This document shows, piece after piece, positions 53,363-60,250 of a stretch of DNA of 64,000 bases. The stretch is from Armatimonadota bacterium (GTDB taxonomy: Bacteria; Sysuimicrobiota; Sysuimicrobiia; Sysuimicrobiales; Sysuimicrobiaceae). Below the pieces are notes generated by a model, which worked only from the letters and a program-made list of their open reading frames with translations, searched no databases and was not told the DNA's origin. The position numbers and the translations under genes are program-made. The stretch is taken from assembly GCA_025059775.1 (NCBI GenBank), contig JANXCW010000001.1, positions 65,588 through 129,587 on the forward strand, read 5' to 3'. Position 1 is the first letter of the stretch. Every line of letters begins with the position of its first letter.

Positions 53363-54736
53363 TCATGCTCCCCCCGCGGGCACCAGGGTGGACTCCAGGA
53401 CGTACGCGGGCGTGCCGTGCTCCGGCAGGTCGAGCCCCTGCAGCTCCTCCTCCCGCGAGGCCCGGAGACCGATGGTGCTGCGGATCAGAGCGAACATCAG
53501 GTATCCCGTGATCAGCGACCATGCGGTGACCACCCCCATGCTGATCAGTTGGGCTATGAGCTGCCCCACTTCCCCGACGATGAGGCCCCGTACGCCTCCG
53601 TACGTGCCGTCCGCGAAGATCCCCACGGCCAGCAGCCCCCACAGACCTCCGGCCGCGTGCACGGAGACCGCGCCCACGGGGTCGTCCACCTTGAGGGTCC
53701 GCTCCACGAACCCGAGACTCCACATCATCACGAGGGCCGCGATGGCCCCGATCACCACCGCCGCCCAGGTGGGCACGTAGGCACACGGCGCGGTGATCCC
53801 CACGAGCCCTGCCAGCGCGCCGTTGCACGCCATGGTGATGTCCGCCTTCCCTGTGCGCACCAGGCTCGCGTACAGGGCCACCACCGCACCCGCGGCGCCC
53901 GCCAGGAAGGTGTTCACCGCGATGACGGAGATGCGCAGGTCCGTGGCGGCCAGGGTGCTGCCGGGATTAAAGCCGAACCACCCGAAGAACAGGATGAAGG
54001 TTCCGATCACCACGTAGGTCATGTTGTGGCCAGGGATGGGATTCGGGGTGCCATCCGGGTTGTACTTGCCGAGGCGGGGGCCAACCATGGCAGCGCCCAC
54101 GAGCCCCAGCAGCCCCCCGACCGCGTGGACTACCCCAGAACCCGCGAAGTCCCGGGCTCCCACCCCGAACGGCAGGTTCGCCAGCCACCCGCCCCCCCAC
54201 ACCCAGTGCCCGTAGATGGGGTAGATCACCGCGGACACGATGAAGCTGTAGGCCAGGTAGGCGGTGATCTTCGTCCGCTCCGCCATGGCCCCGGCCACGA
54301 TGGTGGCCGCGGTGGCCGCGAAGACCATCTGGAAGAACCAGTACAGGATGGTGGTGACGTCGTAGGCTGCCCCGCTCAGGAAGAACCCGGAGAGTCCGAT
54401 CCACGCATTCCCGTGTTCCAGGCCGCTGCTGAGCTGGCTACCTCCGAACATGAGGGCAAATCCGAACGCCCAGTAGGAGAGGGCGGCGATGCTGAAGTCC
54501 ATGTAACTCTTCGTCAGGTAGTTCACGGTGTTCTTGGATCGGATGAGCCCAGCGCCCAGCAGGGCGAATCCCGCCTGCATGAAGAACACCAGGAACGCCG
54601 CCACGAGGGTCCAGGCGAAGTTCACCGCGGCTTCCGGCTTCTGCTTGATGGTCTCTGCCCCGCTGGGATCCGCGCCCCACGCAGGCAGGACCGCACACAG
54701 CATCAGGAGGACCAGGATCCCCACAACCCGTCGCAT
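53363..54736 (-). CDS. amtB: Ammonium transporter
   Basis: FFMQAGFA.L, DFAGSGVVH, WFGWFGFN and DDPVGAVSVH (twin His) motifs; cleavable N-terminal signal-like segment. Confidence 0.97.
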   Translation of the reverse strand: MRRVVGILVLLMLCAVLPAWGADPSGAETIKQKPEAAVNFAWTLVAAFLVFFMQAGFALLGAGLIRSKNTVNYLTKSYMDFSIAALSYWAFGFALMFGGSQLSSGLEHGNAWIGLSGFFLSGAAYDVTTILYWFFQMVFAATAATIVAGAMAERTKITAYLAYSFIVSAVIYPIYGHWVWGGGWLANLPFGVGARDFAGSGVVHAVGGLLGLVGAAMVGPRLGKYNPDGTPNPIPGHNMTYVVIGTFILFFGWFGFNPGSTLAATDLRISVIAVNTFLAGAAGAVVALYASLVRTGKADITMACNGALAGLVGITAPCAYVPTWAAVVIGAIAALVMMWSLGFVERTLKVDDPVGAVSVHAAGGLWGLLAVGIFADGTYGGVRGLIVGEVGQLIAQLISMGVVTAWSLITGYLMFALIRSTIGLRASREEELQGLDLPEHGTPAYVLESTLVPAGGA

Positions 54737-54763
54737 GAAACGCCTCCTGCTCCGGACGGATCT

Positions 54764-54803
54764 AAAAAAGAAGGACGCCCACACCAAGTGGTGTGGGCGT
54801 CCT
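54764..54803 (-). terminator. Intrinsic terminator (attenuator) in the amtB 5' leader
   Basis: mRNA AGGACGCCCACACC-ACUU-GGUGUGGGCGUCCU followed by UCUUUUUU, between the promoter and the amtB RBS. Confidence 0.88.
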
Positions 54804-54808
54804 GGCCC
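54795..54808 (-). promoter_or_regulatory. Candidate antiterminator hairpin GGGC-CAGGAC-GCCC
   Basis: Overlaps the 5' arm of the leader terminator; identical to 51689..51702. Confidence 0.7.
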
Positions 54809-54843
54809 ACGGACAAAACTCCTTATGGGAATTTCAAGTCCCT

Positions 54844-54890
54844 ATGTATCACGCCCGCGGGGCACCTGTCAATGACCTTCTTCGAGGTCA
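54844..54890 (-). promoter_or_regulatory. amtB promoter (-35 TTGACA) with an abutting palindrome TGACCT-N6-AGGTCA
   Basis: TGTCAA at 54867-54872, palindrome at 54873-54890, and a weak -10-like TGaTACAT downstream. Confidence 0.6.
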
Positions 54891-54924
54891 GGCAAAATTT
54901 TTGGGGGGGGGAACCCACGGGCCC

Positions 54925-55986
54925 CTATGCCAGGCCCCGGATGCGCAGGCGCAGATCGTTGGGGGAATCCGCGGCCCGGAGGGCGTCCTCCAGGGAGATC
55001 AGCCCCTTGCGGTAGAGCGTGTACAGGGCCTGGTCAAAGGTCTGCATTCCCTCCCCGCTCCCCGCCTGGATGGCCGCCCTGATCCCCGCGAAGTCCCCAC
55101 GCCGGATGAGCTCCCGGATGCGGGGCGTGGCCACCATCACCTCCACGGCCACCACCCGACCCTGCCCATCCGATCGGGGCACCAGGCGCTGGCTGACGAT
55201 GCCCTCCAGGGTGAGGGAGATGCGGTGCAGCACCTCCTGCGCTTGGTCCATGGGGAAGAAGGCCAGGAGTCGCTCCAGGGTTTGGCTCGCATTGATGGAG
55301 TGCAAGGTGCTGAGCACCAGGTGCCCGGTTTCCGCGAAGTACAGGGCCGCGTCCGCGGATTCCCGGTCCCGCATCTCCCCGATGAGGAGGACGTCGGGGG
55401 CCTGGCGTAGGGCTCCCCGCAGGGCGTGGTGGAAGCTCGGGGTGTCCGTAGCGACTTCCCGCTGGCTCACCAGGCTGCGCCTGTCGGGGTGCAGGAACTC
55501 GATGGGATCCTCGATGGTGATGATGTGGCCGGAGGCGTGACGGTTCCGGTAATCGATCATGGCCGCGAGGGTGGTGCTCTTCCCGGAGCCCGTGGGGCCG
55601 GTGACGAACACGAGTCCCCTCGGTCGCATCACGAGCTCCGCCAGGATCTCCGGGAGACCCAGCTGCTGGAAGGAGGGGATGTCCATGCGCACCCGGCGTG
55701 CCACGAAGGCGATGGACCCCCGCTGCTGGTAGACGTTGATCCGGAACCGACCCACCCCGGGGAAACTGTAGGCTAGGTCCACGTTCTGCTCCGTGCGCAG
55801 CTGCCGGCGCTGCTCCTCGTCCAACAGTTGATCCGCCAGGGCCCGGCTCATCTCCGGAGTCACCCGATCCCACGACCCCGGCTGGAGCTCCCCGTGCACC
55901 CGGAAGGTGGGCGGGGAACCCACCTTTACGTAGAGGTCGCTGGCGTCCCGCTCCACCATCTCCCGCAGGAGGTCATGCACGTCCAT
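54925..55986 (-). CDS. pilU: Type IV pilus retraction ATPase, PilU-like
   Basis: ASDLY.KVG.PP, GPTGSGKSTT, TIEDPIE, LRQAPDV and LSTLH motifs. Confidence 0.88.
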   Translation of the reverse strand: MDVHDLLREMVERDASDLYVKVGSPPTFRVHGELQPGSWDRVTPEMSRALADQLLDEEQRRQLRTEQNVDLAYSFPGVGRFRINVYQQRGSIAFVARRVRMDIPSFQQLGLPEILAELVMRPRGLVFVTGPTGSGKSTTLAAMIDYRNRHASGHIITIEDPIEFLHPDRRSLVSQREVATDTPSFHHALRGALRQAPDVLLIGEMRDRESADAALYFAETGHLVLSTLHSINASQTLERLLAFFPMDQAQEVLHRISLTLEGIVSQRLVPRSDGQGRVVAVEVMVATPRIRELIRRGDFAGIRAAIQAGSGEGMQTFDQALYTLYRKGLISLEDALRAADSPNDLRLRIRGLA

Positions 55987-55998
55987 GGCCGCCTTCCG

Positions 55999-57087
55999 CT
56001 ACTTCCAGGCGCTCTGGACCGAACCCGCTCCGCCCAGGCCCGGCCGGGCGAAGGCCTGCTTTTCCGTGGCCCACCGCACGGCCACCTCGGGCGTGATCTT
56101 TCCGGTCTTCACCAGGTGCCGCAGGCTCTGGTCCATGCTCTGCATCCCGTCCTTGAGGCCCGTCTGGATCACGGAGGGGATTTGGTGCACCTTGCTCTCC
56201 CGGATGAGGTTGCGGACCGCGGGGGTCGCCACCATCACCTCCACCGCGGGAACTCGACCGAGGCCGTCCGCGGTGGGGAGCAGGATCTGGGCGATGACCG
56301 CCACCAGGGTCTCCGCCAGCTGTACCCGGATCTGCTCTTGCTGATGACTGGGGAAGACGTCGATGATCCGATTGATGGTCTGGGCCGCGCTGCTGGTGTG
56401 GAGGGTGGCCAGGACCAGGTGTCCGGTCTCCGCCGCGGTGAGGGCCAGGGCGATGGTCTCCAGATCCCGCATCTCGCCCACCAGGATCACGTCCGGGTCC
56501 TCCCGCAGGGCCGCACGGAGTGCCGCGCTGAAGGACTTCGCGTGCACCCCCACCTCCCGCTGGTTGATGAGGGCCTTCTTGTGGAGGTGCACGAACTCGA
56601 TGGGGTCCTCGATGGTGATGATGTGCACCCGGCGGGTTGCGTTGATGAGGTCCACCATGGCCGCCAGGGTAGTGCTCTTGCCACTGCCCGCGGGCCCGGT
56701 GACCACGATGAGGCCGTGCTCCCGCAGCGCGAGATCGCGCAGCACCGGAGGAAGCCCCAGCTCCTCCAGGGATCGAATCCGGGAGGGGATCACCCGGAAG
56801 GCCGCCCCCTCGCCCGTGCGTTGGCGGAAGACGTTCACCCGGAACCGGCCGAGATTCTGCAGCTCCAGGGCGAAATCCAGGTCCAGGTGCTCCTCAAATC
56901 TGGCCTTCTGGGCGTCCGTGAGGACGTCGTAGAGCATGGCGTGGAGGTCCTCCTGGGTGAGGGGCGGCCACCCCTCCACGTCCACCAGCTCCCCCCGCAC
57001 CCGCAGGCGCGGGGGACTCCCCACCGTGAGGTGGAGGTCGGAGGCGTCCCGTTCCCGTGCCAGGATCAGAAGATCCGTAATGTCCAC
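55999..57087 (-). CDS. pilT: Type IV pilus retraction ATPase PilT
   Basis: ASDLHL, GPAGSGKSTT, ALREDPDV, ATLHTSSA and AVRNLIRE (AIRNLIRE motif). GTG start with GGAG RBS. Confidence 0.93.
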   Translation of the reverse strand: MDITDLLILARERDASDLHLTVGSPPRLRVRGELVDVEGWPPLTQEDLHAMLYDVLTDAQKARFEEHLDLDFALELQNLGRFRVNVFRQRTGEGAAFRVIPSRIRSLEELGLPPVLRDLALREHGLIVVTGPAGSGKSTTLAAMVDLINATRRVHIITIEDPIEFVHLHKKALINQREVGVHAKSFSAALRAALREDPDVILVGEMRDLETIALALTAAETGHLVLATLHTSSAAQTINRIIDVFPSHQQEQIRVQLAETLVAVIAQILLPTADGLGRVPAVEVMVATPAVRNLIRESKVHQIPSVIQTGLKDGMQSMDQSLRHLVKTGKITPEVAVRWATEKQAFARPGLGGAGSVQSAWK

Positions 57088-57097
57088 GGTTTTCTCC

Positions 57098-58592
57098 TCA
57101 CGCACGGGTCTGTAGGAGGGGCGCCACCGCCTGGGGGTCCACCCGCAGGTGCTCCACCGCAGCCCGGGCGCAGGCCTCCGAGGGAAGGGGAGAGCGCCGG
57201 GGCCAGCAGCTCCGGAACAGCGTGGATCGAGGCCCGAAGCACCGCGGCCAAGTCCGGGCCGGCTCGGTACCACTCGTAGATGGGGATCTGTCCCTCGTAC
57301 CCCGTGTTCCGGCACCGCTCGCAGCCCAGCGCGGAGCCCCACCGGGTCGGGGCAGGCGTAGCTGGCCAATCCGGCGGCGGGGATGGGTGTACCTCTGCAC
57401 AGGAGCAGAGCGCCACCACGGGCATCCCACACAGCGCCCCCGTGAAAAAGCGCTCCACCAAGAGGCGACCCAGGGAGAGCAGCCCCTCCAGGGCCCAGCT
57501 CACCCGCAGGTACGGGAGGCCCAACACGAGGGTACTGCCCGGCCTCAGGGTCCGGCACAGCCGCCCCGCGATCCCCAGGTCCCAGCCCGCGTCCACGACC
57601 ACGCACTCCGCATGGGTCTCCGCAAGGGCTTCCCAGGATTCCAGTTCCAGCACCTCCTCCAGAGGGTGGGGGGACCGGAGGCCCGCGGCCACGGTTCGGG
57701 AGCCTGCGTAGCGGGCAGTCCGCTGGGCCAACGCCCGCAAAAGCCGGCGGCGGAAGAGGTCATCTGGAGAACCCACCACCAGGAGTCCCCCGGACCGCAG
57801 AATCCTTTCCACCTCCTCTCGGATCGCGGGATCGAGACCCATGGTGGCTAGAGCGGGAGGGGTTTCCGGCTCCAGAATCCCCACCAGCGCGTGGCCGCCG
57901 GTTACCGGGAGCGCTCGGAGGACCGCGATCACCGTGCGGTCCACCAGGGGGACCCGAAAGCGGAGGGGACCGGGGTCCTCCGCGAGTCGGGCAAGGGTCC
58001 CCGGGTCCACCCGGGGACCCCGGCTCTCCACCAATCCCGCCCGGGTACGGTAGCGAATCCAAACCCCGGAACCGGAAGGCTCGAAGTAGACCTCGTGGGC
58101 CCCGGCCTGCGCGGCCACGCTCAGATGGAACTGGACCTCCGCCAGCTCCGGGCTCCCCCTGGACCTGCGGCCCCGGGTGAATGACCGGATGAGCCGGCGG
58201 ATGTTGCTCGGGAGGTCCACCGCGGGTACGACCCTGAGACCGGTGGCCCGCTCCACCTCCGCGATGGCTTCCGCATCCGTGGGATCCCCCATCACCAGGG
58301 TCAGCTCGTCCCCGGAGACGAGGAGCGGAAAGACCTCGAACCGCTCCATCAGGTGGGCGGGCAGGAGCTGGACGGCCGCAGGATCCACCATCTCCGGTGA
58401 GGCGTGGACGTAAGGGGTCTGCAGCTGGGTGGCGAGCGCCCACGCCACGTCGTCCTCGGAGGCGTACCCCAGCTGGATGAGGGCCGCGCCGATCCGGAGT
58501 CCCGTCTGCCGCTGGAGGCATACAGCCTCCTCCAGCTGTTCAGGGGTGATGAGGTTGGCCCGCAGAAGGATCTCGCCGAGCCGGGGGCGCAT
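57098..58592 (-). CDS. PilB/GspE-like protein with MshEN repeats, a degenerate ATPase site and a probable 3' frameshift
   Basis: RLGEILL...LITPEQLEEA..LQ and RIGAALIQLG repeats; GSPDDLF in place of Walker A; CSC...GCERC zinc motif. An alternative frame ends at TGA 57098, next to the pilT RBS. Confidence 0.75.
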
Positions 58593-58665
58593 TCCGGAAT
58601 CCTCCCAGGTGGCTCCCACCGACGGAACATGCAAGATCCGTGCCGCCTAGGGGAGATCGGAGAGA

Positions 58666-58740
58666 TGGCTCCGCGGGCAGGATTCGAACCTGCAACCCCC
58701 CGGTTAACAGCCGGGCGCTCTACCGTTGAGCTACCGCGGA
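58666..58740 (-). tRNA. tRNA-Asn (GTT)
   Basis: Reverse complement TCCGCGGTAGCTCAACGGTAGAGCGCCCGGCTGTTAACCGGGGGGTTGCAGGTTCGAATCCTGCCCGCGGAGCCA. Confidence 0.97.
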
Positions 58741-58797
58741 ACGCAAACTGCCACGAGGATCATAGGCCGGAACCCCGTATCCTGTCAAAGGGGCCCC

Positions 58798-59970
58798 ATG
58801 CAGCGAGCCGAGGTCGCCGTCCACGCCCTCATCGTCACCCTGGTGGTGGCCGCCACCTACGGGGTGCTGTGGCTGCTGGTGCGTCTTGCGGACATCCTCG
58901 TGCTCTTCCTCGTCTCCGCCATCCTGGCCGCGGGCCTCGCGCCCACGGTGGGCACCCTGGAGCGGACCCGGCTCCCGGGCGGCCGACCTCTGGGCAAGGG
59001 GCCCGCCCTCCTCCTGGTGGTGGTGCTCATCCTCGCGGCCCTGGTGCTCATGCTCACCATCCTCCTCACGCCCGTGGTGCAGCAATTCAGCGCTCTCCTG
59101 GCCCACCTGCCGGAGTACGTGCAGGAGGCGGAGGAGTGGCTCGCGCAGCTGCGGGCACGGTTTCCATGGGTGCCGGACGCGAGCCGGTGGCTCAGCCGGC
59201 TCCCCCAGGAGCTGCAGAACTTCGTTCAGTACTTCGGCACCGCGGCTCAGGTCTTCGGCCGGTTCGTAAGCGGGCTCTTCACCGTCACCACAGTCCTGGT
59301 GATCGTGATCTACATGCTCCTCGAGGGGCCCCGGCTGAAGCGGGGGTTTCTGCGCCTGTGGCCCGTAGAGCGCCGGCCGCTTGTGACCCTGGTCCTGGAC
59401 CGCATCGCCCAGAGGTTCAGCGGGTGGCTGCGTGGGACCTTCGTGCTGGCCCTTTCCATCTTCGCCATCGACACGGTGGGTCTCATCCTCATCGGGATCC
59501 CCTACCCGTTTCTTCTGGGGCTCGTGGCAGGACTCACGGAGCTCATCCCGGTGGTGGGCCCGTTCCTGGGTGCCATCCCCGCGGTGGTGGTGGCTCTGTT
59601 CCAGCCCACGTGGAAGCTGGTGGCGGTGATCGTCCTCTACGTTCTCGCCCAGCAGATCGAACAGAACGTCCTCGTGCCGCGGGTGATGAGCCGGGCAGTG
59701 GGATTGTCCCCTATCCTGGCCATCTTCGCGGTGCTCGTGGGCGGGGCACTCATGGGGATCGTGGGCGTGTTGCTCTCCATCCCCGTGGCGGCGGCCCTCC
59801 AGGTGATCCTGGGGGAGCTGGTGCCCGCGGTCCTCCCGCACGCGCGGTCGGACATCCACCTCTCCCCGGAGACCCCCGTCCCGGAGGTACCGGTTCCGGA
59901 AAATCCCGCAGGGTGTAGGGAACTCCCGCAGACCCCTACGGTAGAGGGGCGGCGGGACCCCTGCCCCTGA
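58798..59970 (+). CDS. AI-2E family transporter
   Basis: WLRG..V, L.LIG.PY, ELIPVVGP and QQIEQNVLVPRVM...VGLSP motifs. Confidence 0.92.
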   Translation: MQRAEVAVHALIVTLVVAATYGVLWLLVRLADILVLFLVSAILAAGLAPTVGTLERTRLPGGRPLGKGPALLLVVVLILAALVLMLTILLTPVVQQFSALLAHLPEYVQEAEEWLAQLRARFPWVPDASRWLSRLPQELQNFVQYFGTAAQVFGRFVSGLFTVTTVLVIVIYMLLEGPRLKRGFLRLWPVERRPLVTLVLDRIAQRFSGWLRGTFVLALSIFAIDTVGLILIGIPYPFLLGLVAGLTELIPVVGPFLGAIPAVVVALFQPTWKLVAVIVLYVLAQQIEQNVLVPRVMSRAVGLSPILAIFAVLVGGALMGIVGVLLSIPVAAALQVILGELVPAVLPHARSDIHLSPETPVPEVPVPENPAGCRELPQTPTVEGRRDPCP

Positions 59971-59974
59971 GCCC

Positions 59975-60236
59975 ATCGCTTCCCCCGGATCCGCCGGACC
60001 ACTTCCTCCGTGAACTCCGGGTGATGGTGGCGGCCTTGAGACCCGCGCCGTACACTTTGAGGGCTTCCGCGGCCTCGTACACCACGCGGTTACAGCTAGC
60101 CCGTGGGGTCTCAAGGCTCAGTCGAAGCGCAGGAACTCCAGCTCGAGGCCCGTCACGTCCGGGGAAAGCACCCGCAGGGCCTCGGGGGCAACTCCTCTCC
60201 CGCCTGGTCCCCGTACAGCACCACCAGGGTGGGCAA
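59975..60236 (-). pseudogene. icd: Remnant of an isocitrate/isopropylmalate-family dehydrogenase
   Basis: Manual translation: (GGAGG-TTG) PTLVVLYGDQAGEEL..EALRVLSPDVTGLELEFLRFD..NRVVYEAAEALKVYGAGLKAATIT(PE), joined to a C-terminal EFTEEVVRRIR. Confidence 0.7.
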
Positions 60237-60250
60237 GGAGTCCTCCGGGA

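Noticed and set aside
405-55015. Long antisense or alternate-frame ORFs (e.g. 51755..55015, 47108..49024, 42578..44317, 20130..22001, 37231..39141)
   Set aside because: These are shadow ORFs typical of high-GC DNA. They have low-complexity Pro/Gly/Arg/His content and fully overlap recognisable genes.
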